DNA of 64,000 nt from the human T2T-CHM13v2.0 reference genome, Homo sapiens, in NCBI RefSeq assembly GCF_009914755.1, contig NC_060930.1, one strand, 5' to 3'. The notes under the pieces were generated by a model. The model ran no database searches. It saw only the letters and a program-made list of their open reading frames with translations, and was not told where the DNA came from. Both the position numbers and the translations under genes were made by a program. Every line of letters begins with the position of its first letter. Position 1 is the stretch's first letter. This document shows, in pieces, positions 1 to 14,279 of the stretch.

Positions 1-2274
1 TGTTCTAATTTGTTTCTACTTTAAGTGGAAATAGGAAATCATCTGAAGACATAATTATTTTGAGTGAAATAATTTCCAGTGGGTGCAAAAGTGAAATGAG
101 AAGTCTGAATTTAGGCATGCCGTTAAATTTAATAGTATTTGAAATAGTATCTAAACTGCTGTGTTGAGGAAGTTTGGCTGAAAAGTGGATTTTGTCACGT
201 TAGCTGTAAAAATGGAAAGGCTTTCCTTAGAGATAGAAAATAGGTCCAGAAGTAATACTACTTCTCCCTGTAATTTACTGGCACAGTCAACTGTAGTCAA
301 GAAATATTATATAACATAGACTTCTTAGAAGTAAAGTAACTTAAAGAACACAGATAACACACTTAAAATCCTTCTCAGTGTACTTGTAGCTCTTATGAGG
401 ACCCCTGACTTGTCTGAAGGTTATATTTCTGCAAAATTGGCTGCACAGTAGATCTCATTTTCTCAGTGATTTTCATTATAAAGTCAGATATTTTTACACA
501 GGAAAAAATTTCCTTAATACTTTAAAGAGGGAAAACTTAGGGCAAGGATTTAGTTAGTAGACAGTTCTGGGTAGAGTGCTATATGTTGTCAGATATCAGC
601 AGGTTTATGCTTATGTTGCCTTGTGTAGAGGTGGGGGAAGTGACTTGTGGTACAGGAGAGGAATTCACAGTACTTTGGAATACTCTCTCTTTCCCAAATT
701 CTGTTCTTTGCTATGACCCTTATAGGCACTGACAGATTTCGTAGTTGTCTCTGGTAAGAACTTTATGAGCTGGAACAGACATCCTGATACAACCAGGTTG
801 CTTCTGTTATGCCTCAACATGAATTGAATTTGTTTTATGCAGTTTACGTATTTCACTTCCTAATGTATGCAGATGTACAGTGCTCTTGTATTGCTTTGTT
901 CATGTATTACTGTCCTTATAAAGGTTTTTAGTAAGGTTTTGCCTTCCTGGTTAGCATGCTTTTCAGGGATGCAATCTGATGGTTGCTAACTCATAGATGC
1001 AAACAATAATTACTTTCTTGGACCTGCGTCTCATCAGAGTAGAGAAGGTTCACTGATAAAAATGCTGGTAATTGGTATAGAGATTAAAGGAGAATCACTC
1101 ATAGACTCCTGTTGTTTGCAAATGTTTTGGTGATTGAACCACATCTTGACTATTATATGGGATCATATTGCTGATTGATGGACTGGGAAGTGGAGCTCCC
1201 ATTGACTGCCTGTTTATTTTGGGTATCCTTAAACCTGTTTTTCCAGTGGTATAAGGTTATATTCTGGGCCCCCAAGCAAGAGTTTCAGTGAGGGGTGCTC
1301 TTAATGTTTCTGAACCTCACTGTAACGGACTTTTACTGAAGACAGTATTGGAGACCCAAGGATAATGTGTTTATTTTGGAATTACTTAAGCTTAGTAACC
1401 TTAACAAACTTAGCTTGAAAGTAACAGTTACACTTTCATAAGTCCCATACAGCTCCCTTTTGTAATGACCCGAGGAAACACTTATGGTTCCACTGATTCA
1501 TCTCCTGGGGACCATCAGTTTTCCATTGGTCTCTGGCCAGTCTTTTTTAGACAGTTTCTCTTCTATGCATTTAAAAAAATAACATTTCTAGGCGTCTTTC
1601 TATAAATAATACCTGTGCTTTGTAGAAGTTTTAAAAGAAGTAGAAAACATAAGAAAAGGAACCTACTATCCAGACATAATCACCTTAAACATTGTGGTGT
1701 ATATATGCACCCCGCCCCCCCTGCCCCCACATACTCCCATATATCTTTTTTTTTTTTTTAAATGTTTGGATGAAGGTGTTTAAAACTAAACTGGGATCAT
1801 ATTCTACATTTTTCATTTAATAGTTGTAAATATGATTAAACACTAGTTATATTCCACCCTACTTCTAAAAAGGTGGTAAGTGGAACCTTTTTTTCTGTAT
1901 AATTTTTTTGAGAGATATTTGTTTTCTTATAGTTTTATAGCTTGTTAATAAAAGAATTTAGAATTTTAAAATACAAACTGAGGAAAGTAAAAGCTTTTCT
2001 CAGGTGTCAAAATTCTTATAAGTGGGTACATGTAGGTGAGAGTCTAAATCAGGGTAAGAATGATGGGCAGAATTGCTAATTAAGGTCTTATTTCTTGTTT
2101 ACATGTGTCTAGAATAATTTATTTTTCAGGGAGCTGTCTGGTGAAATTTAAGCCATTCATTTCCACAGCTTAAATTTTTTCAGGCATGTTTGCATTTCAG
2201 GGGGCTGAGCCAAGGAGGGGGACAGTCAGTTTATTAGCAGTGGTGTGACCAGTGTATTGGACTTTCAAATAGGG

Positions 2275-2356
2275 CACAACTGCATGGCATCGTCCCCTGG
2301 TGGCTGTGGCCTAGGGCAAGCCACAAAGCCACTCAGTGATGATGCCAGCAGTTGTG
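2275..2356 (+). ncRNA. MIR4642: microRNA hairpin MIR4642 (mature ATGGCATCGTCCCCTGGTGGCT at 2284-2305)
   Basis: Clear fold-back tagggcacaactgc...gcagttgtgcccta (2270-2361). The 22-mer matches my recollection of hsa-miR-4642, which is intronic in CDC5L. Confidence 0.88.
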
Positions 2357-2415
2357 CCCTACTTAACCTCTCTGGGTCTCACATTTCCTTATCTGTAAAA
2401 TTGGGTGAGTAATAG

Positions 2416-2739
<324 letters not shown>

Positions 2740-4594
2740 TGAGTTTGAGATAATATAAGATTAAATGAGATACTGTATGATTAGCAAATAGCAGGTGTTA
2801 GTAAATGGGAATTCTCCTCCCATGTGTCTTCAAGTCTATATCACCCTTAGAGTTACCTAAATTGGATTATACTTGGTTTGATACTATGAGGTATTAGGAA
2901 CTAACCTCACTTTAAACAATCGGGTGGCTAAGTTTTTATATTCTGTAAATTTTGAGGAATGTCTGAAGTTTTAGACATGGGCTGATTTTAGGAGAGAGAT
3001 TGTTGTACTGAGTGAAGCTTAAAACTCAGATTTTGGTTAGCGTAAATAGATTTTACATCGTGGATTTTAATCTAACATTTCATGTATACATTTTGGTGTG
3101 TTGAAATAGTTGACATATTTGTAAATTTTAATGTCTCATTATATTTCACTACATTGATGTTTCATGATTTGTGGTGTATGGTCTTGAGAAAGTAGCCTTT
3201 AGAGTAGATACAATATTGAATTTGACTTTTAAAAAATCTTATAAGAATTTTCAAATGTACCCCAGAGTATACTGGTATAATAAATCCTCATGTATTCTCA
3301 CCCAGCTATGACAGTCATCAATCATAGCCACTCTTGTTTCCCCTGTTATCCCCCCTTCCACTATTATTTTGAAGCAAATTTTAGATACCGTATTATGAAA
3401 TAGAATTACGGTGCGTGAAATTTGTCAGCTTGGCCTTCCTACCGATTTGTATGTGGATATATTCTTAATTTCCTGCTTTGAATTGAAGTTTACCCTTTCA
3501 TATTTGATCAAGTCAGCTTTAATTGTATCAAGTGTCGGTCTACTTTAAATTCCTATCAGTGATAGTGAACTTCATTTTATTTAAGACTATTAGAAATTTT
3601 TTGTCAGTACATATTTAAAGCACAGTGTGGTGGCTTCTAAAGTAAGGTGTCCATCAGGGCAGTTGCTAGTGCTTGTTTTAAAAAATTAATTTAGAAATCT
3701 GACTGGTTAAATCTGAGTCTGATTTTCCCTTTTTCTTTGAATTTTAGGAAATAAAGTTTTATACTCTCTTGTACCTCAGTGTTGTTTCTGTGTGTGGATG
3801 GGTGTTGGGAGGAGCTGGGCTGATTTAAGCTAGTCCTGTCCCTGTATGCATGTACATTTCATGCTTGAGGTTTATTGGCTTGAAAAAGACCAGAAACTGT
3901 AGGTTAGGATTTTTCCTCTTAAAGCATATTGAGCAGTCATAGGTTGAGCATTTTACAAAGCATGCAGATACCCTCCTTTGTGTTTTAATAATCAAATGAC
4001 AGGCGTAAGATAACTAAGTTCAACTTGAATATTAAAAGCTGTAGTCCATTTCTTCTTTATATGTTTAATGACTATATAGTTATTTGGCTAAATTAATTTT
4101 TTTCTGTGCTTAAGTTAATTTTTGTACAATTTATGTCCATATTTGCTTGGAACCTTAGCGCAATATTTGAGCCAGAAGACTTGCAAAGCTTGAGCTAAAT
4201 GAAATAAAATTGTTGGCATTAAAGGAAAGCTAACAACTTTGAAGTTTTAAAATCTCTGATGGTTTGAGTATAAGAAATGACTCCATTGGATGAGGTGAGG
4301 TAATTCCAAGATACAGGGTACTGATAATACTAAACGTACCTTGATGACTAATTAAGCAGTTTCTGAGTATAGGTATTATGCTGTAAAACCAAACTGGAAA
4401 TGGACTATCCATGGAGCATAGTGTATAGCTGAGTTATCAATGAAAATGTTAATTCGTATGATTAATTTTTAAAAAGCATTATATGTATTAATTTGAAATT
4501 CTTTGCTGTTAAGGTTTTGGAATGTGTGTTTGAATCCAAATGTGATTGGAGTATGTAATAATGGGTATTCTTAGAACATGCTGAATTGTTTTAC

Positions 4595-4881
4595 TTTTTT
4601 GGAGACAGGGTCTTTCTCTGTTGACCAGGCTGGAGTGCAGTGGCGCGATCATGGCTCACTGCTGCCTCCAACCTCTCAGGCTTGGGTGATTCCCGCCTCA
4701 GTCTCCCAAGTAGCTGGAACCACAGGCATGTGCCACTATGTCTGGCTAATTTTTGTATTTTTTGAGAGACAGTGTTTCACTCTATTGTCCAGGTTGGTCT
4801 CGAACTCCTGGGCTCAAGCGATCCACCTGCCTTGGCCTCCCAAAGTGCTAGGATTACAGGTGTGAACCACTGTTGCCTGGC
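4595..4881 (-). mobile_element. AluJ
   Basis: Diverged antisense Alu with ctgggctcaagcgatcc. Confidence 0.9.
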
Positions 4882-5019
4882 TGAACATGTTAAATTATAG
4901 AAGAAGGAACTTGAATGTAACTTGATGGATTTAGTTGTTCATATCTTATTGGAAATGAGGACTTTTTGGTAGATATAGTTGAGAAAACAACTGATACCTA
5001 GCTTGTGTAATGACTCTGG

Positions 5020-5192
5020 CTGAAACAGAGTTTGACATCCTAATTGCCTGTTAGAATCATTTGGGAGTTTTTAAGGACACAAAGATCTGAGACCATTTAA
5101 ATCAGAGTCTCTGGAGTTAGGGCACTGGTGCTGGTAGATTTTAAAAACTCCACTGGCAATTCTGAAGTTTAGCTGTGGTTGAAAACCACTGG
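5020..5192. mobile_element. MER5-family hAT MITE
   Basis: ttagaatcatttgggag...aatcagagtctctggag...gttgaaaaccactg. Confidence 0.65.
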
Positions 5193-5477
5193 CGTAAAAA
5201 GACATACTCCAGAAATATTTGAAGTGGAAGAGAGTGAGTACAAATTATTGTCTTCTTTCCTTGATGGTGTTGTAAAATTTATGTGGTGGAAGTTTTGTCT
5301 TTTTTTTTTTTTTTTTTTTTTAAACTCTAACTCCATCCCACTACTGCCTTTCTAGAACTTAGAAAGTACTGCTTTTGATTTCTGGGGAAAAGTATTTTTG
5401 CATTTTGTATCCAGAAGAATTGAAGATGAGGAATTTTTTTTTCTCCTGTGGAGGTAATGTTTCTACTCCTTGTATAC

Positions 5478-6020
5478 CTTATTTTTATAATATCCTTACT
5501 GAGATATAAATTACATACCATAAAGTTAAGACAATTTAAAGTGTATAGTTCAGTGGCTTTTAGTAAATTGACATAGTTGTGCAACCATTATTGGAACATT
5601 TACATCACCTCAGAAAGAGATTCTGTATCAGCAGTTACTCCTCATTCCCCCCAACCTGCTCACCCCTAGGAAACCATTAATCTACTTTTTGTATCAATAG
5701 ATTTGCCTATTTTGGATATTTCACATAAGTGGAATCATGTAATATGTGGTCTTTTGTGATGGGCTTCTTTTACTTAACATAATGTTTTCAAAGTTCATCC
5801 ATGTAGTAGTATATATTAGTATTTGTTTTTATGGCTGAGTACCATTCCATTGTGTGGATAATACCACATTTTATTTATCCATTTATCAGTTGATGGATAT
5901 TTGGGTTGCTTCTACTTTTACCTATTATGAATAATGTTGCTATGAACATTCGTGTACAGGTTTTCGTGTGGACATGTTTTCATTTCTCTTGGGAAATACT
6001 GGGAGTGGAATTACTTAGAT
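5478..6020 (-). mobile_element. L1MB-type 3' end fragment
   Basis: gagatataaattacataccataaa...atttgcctattttggatatttca...ggagtggaatt, typical old L1 3' UTR. Confidence 0.85.
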
Positions 6021-6344
6021 ACTTCCTTCACCTCATTTGAACTTCAGGGTTAGAAAATCTTCCCATAGAGTTGGGAAGCACCGCGAGTCCATGTTCTAAC
6101 GCTATTTTTACACTGTAGGACAGAGGTCCAGTGTGTGTTGTTTGGTCTTGTGGTCCACAAGGGGCAAACTCCTCACTTAAAAGAAGGACCAGCTGTTTTT
6201 CCTTGCTGTGTTTCCAGGAAAGGGTCCACATAGACTTATATTGAAGTTGGAATTTTAATGAAGCTTTTAAAGCCTCATCCTTTTACTCCCTTAGTTGTTA
6301 GGGAAAAGAGCAAAATGTTTGAACTCTTAGTATCTGGAAAATAA

Positions 6345-6590
6345 TAATGGTAATCAGACCTGACATTTGTTGACTGCTTATTCTGTGCCAGGCACTGGAC
6401 AGCTGAGGCTTTTTATGTCTATGATCTTATTTAAGCTTCATAACAACTTGTAGCAATGACTGCCATTTTACTGATGGAGAAATGGAGACACATAGGTTAA
6501 ATAACTTGCATCAGCTCAAAACAGCTGGGCAGCAATGCTGGGTTGTAAGAGTGACTCACTCTTACCCCGCTGTACTGTACTGCCTGCCTT
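6345..6590 (-). mobile_element. MIR
   Basis: atttgttgactgcttattctgtgccaggcact...ttttactgatggagaaatggag...aggttaaataacttg. Confidence 0.75.
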
Positions 6591-6744
6591 CAACCAGTAT
6601 ATCCTAACTCCCTTAGGAGACATATAATCATTGCCATGGAACTTGGTTTGATTTATCAGAGGTTCATTTATAAAGGAAATTAACAGTTTTCATGAATTTA
6701 TTGTTCAAGTAAATTGCAGAGGAATAAAAGCTTAACTTTTATAA

Positions 6745-7175
<431 letters not shown>

Positions 7176-7179
7176 CATA

Positions 7180-8868
<1,689 letters not shown>

Positions 8869-8992
8869 TACTCTATGCCTTTTGATTGGGGAATGTAATC
8901 CATTTACAGAGTAATTATTGATAGGTGAGGACTTAACCAGTGCCAATTGTTTTCTGTTTATAGATCCTTTGTTCTATTCCTCCTCTCTTGCT

Positions 8993-9008
8993 TGTGTGTG
9001 TGTGTATG

Positions 9009-9044
<36 letters not shown>
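8993..9044. repeat. (TG)n microsatellite, interrupted
   Basis: Direct reading. Confidence 0.95.
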
Positions 9045-9045
<1 letters not shown>

Positions 9046-9643
9046 TTAATGGCTTTCTGTAGTGGTATGCTTTGGATTTTATCTTTTTATCTCTTGTCTG
9101 TCTGTTACAGACTTTTGCTTTGTGGTTAACTTGAGGCTTACATAAAACAGCTTATATAACGGTATTTTAAGTTGATAACAACTTAATTTTAATTGCATAC
9201 ACAAACTATACACTTTTACACCCCTTTCTCCCATATTTTGTATTTCTGATGTTATACTTAAAATTTTTATATAATATTTATTCCCTTAACAAATTGTTGC
9301 ACTTCAGTTGTTAATAGTTTTGCCTTTTAACCTTTATACTAGAGATATAATTGATTTACTCACTGCCATTAGAGTATTAGAATGTTTGGATATGACAATG
9401 TATATACCATGCCCTGGCCTGGATAAGGGGTTAATATCCAAAATATACAAAAAAAGTTTTATACTTTAATAAATTTTCATGTTATTAATTAGTGTTCTCT
9501 TCCTTCAGCTTGAAGAACTCCTTTTAGCATTTCCTGTAATGCAGGTCTAGTGGTGATAAAGTTAGCTATTGATTGAAAAAGTCTTTATCATCCATTTGGT
9601 TTTGAAATACAGGGTTGCTGGGTATAGTATTCTTGGTTGGCAG

Positions 9644-9796
9644 TTTTTTTTTCTCTCTCTTTCTTCTCTTTCTTTTTCTTTCTTCTCTCTCCTCTCCTGC
9701 CCTGTCCTGTCCCTGTCTCTCTTTCTTTTCTTTTCCTTCCTTCCTTCTTTTCTTTTCTTTTCCTTCCTTCCTTTTCTTTTCTTTTCTTTTTTTTCT
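9644..9796. repeat. Complex polypyrimidine (CT/CTTT/CCTT) tract
   Basis: Direct reading; gives rise to the spurious Lys/Arg-rich and Phe/Ser-rich ORFs. Confidence 0.95.
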
Positions 9797-12270
9797 ATTT
9801 TTAAATATATCATCCCACTCCCTTCTGGCCTGAAAGGTTTCTGCTGAGAAGCTATCTGATAGTCTTATGGAGGTTCCTTTATACATGGTGATATGCTTTT
9901 TTCTTGCAGTTTTCAATACTCTGCCATTAGTTTTTGACATTTTAATTGTGATGTGTCTTGGTGGGTCTCTTTGAATTTATCTTATTTGGTGTCTTTTGGG
10001 CTTCCTGGATCTAGCTTTCCATTTCCTTCCCCAGCCTTGGGAATTTTTCTGCCATTATTTATTTGAATATGTTAGTTGTTCTTTTCTCCTTCTGGCACCT
10101 GATAATGCATAAGTTGTTCTCCATGATGGTGTCCCATAAGTCTCTTAAGTCACTCTTTTTCATTATTTTTTCTTTTTGCTCCTGAGATTAGATGGTTTCC
10201 AGTGACCTGTCTTGTAGTTTACTGATCCTTTCATCTGCTTGATCTAGTCTGCTGTCAAACCCCTATATTGAATTTTTCAGTTCAGTTTTGGTATTTTTCA
10301 GATCTATGTTTTCTCATTGATACTTTTTAATATTTTCTGTCTCTTTGTGGAAGTTCTTAGTTTGTTCTTGCATTGCTCTCTTGACCTCGGTGAGCATCTT
10401 TGTGACCATTATTTGGAATTTCCTGTTGGGTAAATCATATATCTCCAGTTCACTTGAGTTGGTTTCTGTTGATTTATTTTGTTGCTTTTTTTTTTTTGGA
10501 ATATATTTTCCTATTTCTTAATTGTTCTTGACTCTCTCTGTGTTGGTTTCTGTGCATTACGTGAGACAACTGCCTCTCTCAGTCTTCTTAGCCTTGTGTA
10601 GCAGAAGGATCTCACCAATCCATCCAGCTAGAGATTTTAAGATACCTTTTAAATCTTTGTATTTGTTCAGACTGTTGTCTCTATTCTTGGTGCCATATTC
10701 CATTAGTACCCTGTGATCAGTAAGGCAGAAGCCAGATGCATAGATGTAGCTGGGAAGGTTGAGGTGTTGGGTATGTGTCCTAGTTCCTTCTGTCATCATG
10801 TTGAAGTCAAGTGCTTGATTCTTCCACTCTTTCTACACTAAGCCATCTCTGTGGCAAATGCCTATGCTTGTGTTGTGGCTGCACTCTACGATCCTGGGGA
10901 GATATCTGCTGGAAGTGGGCTTGTAGTATGTCCACCTCTGTTTTCTGTGGTTTAGGGAGATTCAGGAATGCAAAGCCCTGTCACTTCCAGAGCTTAGGTT
11001 GTGAAGGGTACAGTCCCTTGTCTGTGTGGAGCTATAAAAGTGTGGCACTCAGTCTGTGGACAAACTCCTTTTAGGAAGAATGAGTAGGCCTGGAATTATC
11101 AGTGGGATGTGCTGGGGGAAAGGCTCAGGATATGCCAAGTTCCTGCTCAGGCTGCCTGAGGGGTACTGTTTGTCTCCCCCATTAGCTCTCTGATGCAAGT
11201 TAGAGGCCAGGCTGTCAAGTAGCGACTGGAAGAGTATGCAGTTATAAACCCTTTTTGGAGAGAAAATGAGAGCTGCATGTTCCAGACTCTTTTCTTCACT
11301 GCTCCCAGGGAGTGTAGCCCTAGAAAGTATTTGCACACCTGTTTAAAACCACCTCCTTGTTTTTTTGATCTAGAGAGACATGCATATGCCTAGTCTCTTC
11401 CATTACCACATCTAGGAGATTTAGGATATAGTCCTTTGGGTGGATGCTGTGCAAATTGAGGCATTTGATGTGTGGACAGACTCCTTCTAGGAGGAATTGG
11501 TAGGCCTAAAGTTACTGCTGGGGCAGGCCAGGGGGAAAGGCTTGGAAAGTGTCCAGCTGCTGCTTAGGCTGCCAGAAGGCTACTTTTGCACTGTCCCATT
11601 AACTCCCCCATGCAAGTTAAAAGCCAGGCTGTCGAGTAGCCACTGGTAGACTGTGCCATGAGCCCCTTCCAGGGAGAAATGTGGAGCTTCACATTCTTAG
11701 CTGCTTCTCTGCACTGCCCCCAAAGGGTGCAGTCCCTGAAAGTACTTGCATGCTTGATTAAAAGTATCTCTCTTGTTCTAGGGATTTAGTGATCTAGGAA
11801 GACTTGCACTAGATCCCTCAGCTCCCAGAGCCAGGAGATTTAGGATGCAGGCACTTGGATGGAAATTATAAAAGTTGGGGTCTTGATGTGTGAACAGACT
11901 CCCAGAAATAAATTTTTGGGATATAGATGATGAAGGTGGCTTGCAGCTAGTCCCAAAATAAATACGTTGAATGATAGCAGAAGTCATTTTCAGAAAGTAG
12001 ACATTAGTTTTTCCCATACTGTGACATTCAAGCCCTCTTTGAAGTTCAATCGTGGGTCAAATTATTATAAATAGATTATAGATTATTTAGGACTCACCTA
12101 TAAAACCCTTTAGGTGCAAGATAAATCCTTCTTAAGCTTGATATTTTGTTACAGTAATTGAGCTATAAGGAGTTCTAGTGTATTTTTGCTTTGAGACACA
12201 TACATGAACGCATGGTACCTTTTTAGCCCTGTTATTTAATAGCCTGCTTTTCTCATGTATGCTGATGTGA

Positions 12271-12615
<345 letters not shown>

Positions 12616-13225
12616 TAAAAATGAGAGCCTAAAGTGTTTGACTTTCTAATCTAGAATTGCCTCTGTGTAGATGGATAGACCAGGCAAGTTGTAGATACAA
12701 AGGCCTTCCCTTACTCATTTTCTGTTTCCAATATGTAGATACACTGTGAAATGGAATACTTAGCCCTTGTGATTTGTCCCCTTGAAACTTAATTGCATCC
12801 CATTCATGTAGCTCAGTGAGGGGAAACTAAACCAGTATCTTTTTGTTTTATACCTTATGTTGCTGGGAACATAGCTAGTCCTTCCAAACCATCAAATTCC
12901 TATGACCAGGTTTGGATTGAATTTATCTCCCAAATGTGCATAATAGCTCCTGTCCAGCTAAAGGGCAGTCAGGGCTTCTTGAAGTGCATTTGTGGGTATT
13001 GATAAGACAGTAGTGGTTTGTTTATTTGAAGTAGCAGCAGGATTTCATATGACCAAATCAAAGAATGGCTGTGATACTGGTTTTATAGCAAAAGTATTTG
13101 ATATGTTTGTTTCTCTTTGAGAAATATTTAACTCTTAAGAATCATGATTTAACTCAGCTGGTTTTTAAGATAATAAAGTACTGTAGATTTTTTTCAGTAT
13201 AGTTACATCTAAAATAATTACTTAA

Positions 13226-13345
<120 letters not shown>

Positions 13346-13651
13346 AGTACAGTTTATATTCTGTCACAGGATTAATTAATTGCCGGTTTTCATACTCTAG
13401 AAGGCTGAAACTGATGTTTATCTTCATTGACAAATTTACCCACCATCTGTGGTTTTTCAGTTGTTTATTTTAAATGATATCGATCTTACACATTCTGTGT
13501 ATAAAGACCTTAACTCCACAGGACGGACATTTTAGAGTTTAAATTATTAAGGCTATCATTCTTTTAGTAATGTCATATTTGCAAACTTTTTTAGTTTTGG
13601 CCTTTAATTTAAAAAGCCTAATTTTAAAGTGCTGCCTGTGAGTAACTCTTG

Positions 13652-13657
13652 AATAAA
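13652..13657 (+). terminator. Proximal polyadenylation signal AATAAA of CDC5L
   Basis: AATAAA ~306 nt after the stop codon, with a U-rich element (cttttgtttg) ~30-40 nt downstream. Confidence 0.75.
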
Positions 13658-14279
13658 AACAAAATATAAAAAATTGAGAATGTAGCCTTTTGTTTGAAGT
13701 AATTAGATACTTAAGAGTGCCTGCAAACCAGCAGCTATGTACTCTGTGTCATATTTAATGAGTAACTCTTGGGTAATCAAAATGGTGATGCAGTATCTTA
13801 AACACTTAAGAGGCAGTTCTTTGTGGCTTTGTTAGTTTCAGCAAAGAGTGGTCATTTCTGTATACACTGACAAGTTAGATTAACTTTTTAGTACCTCAAA
13901 TTTTTTTTTTGTTAATATCACTTTAAAGAAGGTCTCTTGTCTGCCAGCTACTTAAATAATTTATGGGTCAGGGCTTAAAAGATTTAACTTCCTTGCCCCA
14001 TTATTTTCTTATAAGTATTTTTTGACAAAGGCATTTTAAAAGTTAATTTCAAGAAGGCCATCAAACTTAAAGCTCTATGTTTAGCCTAAGAAGTCAGTTA
14101 CATCAGTGTAGAATTTGGGGAATGGATAGAGGTGGAGATATTTAATTTTATATAATTCATATAAATTGATTTAGTTACAGTATCAGTTGGCTACAAGCTC
14201 ATTATAGACTAGCAATGTTTTGACATCACCAAAAACGTTTGCCCAGTCTTAGAATACTAGGGACTATAGGAAGGGAAGG

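Larger units (their letters stand above)
8869..11910 (-). mobile_element. Old L1M 5' portion: inter-ORF region, ORF1 remnant and 5' UTR
   Basis: Minus-strand peptides RVLKTARKKH..YKGTSIRLSDSFSAETFQARREWDDIFK and NCQPRILYPATLYFK are L1 ORF1p motifs. The tandemly repeated region 10950-11910 lies where the 5' UTR is expected. Confidence 0.85.

Noticed and set aside
5299-5321. Isolated poly(T) as the tail of a processed pseudogene
   Set aside because: No TSD pair or recognisable mRNA body found next to it.
9562-9940. Lys/Arg-rich and Phe/Ser-rich ORFs
   Set aside because: Translation of a simple-sequence tract plus a dead L1 ORF1 fragment.
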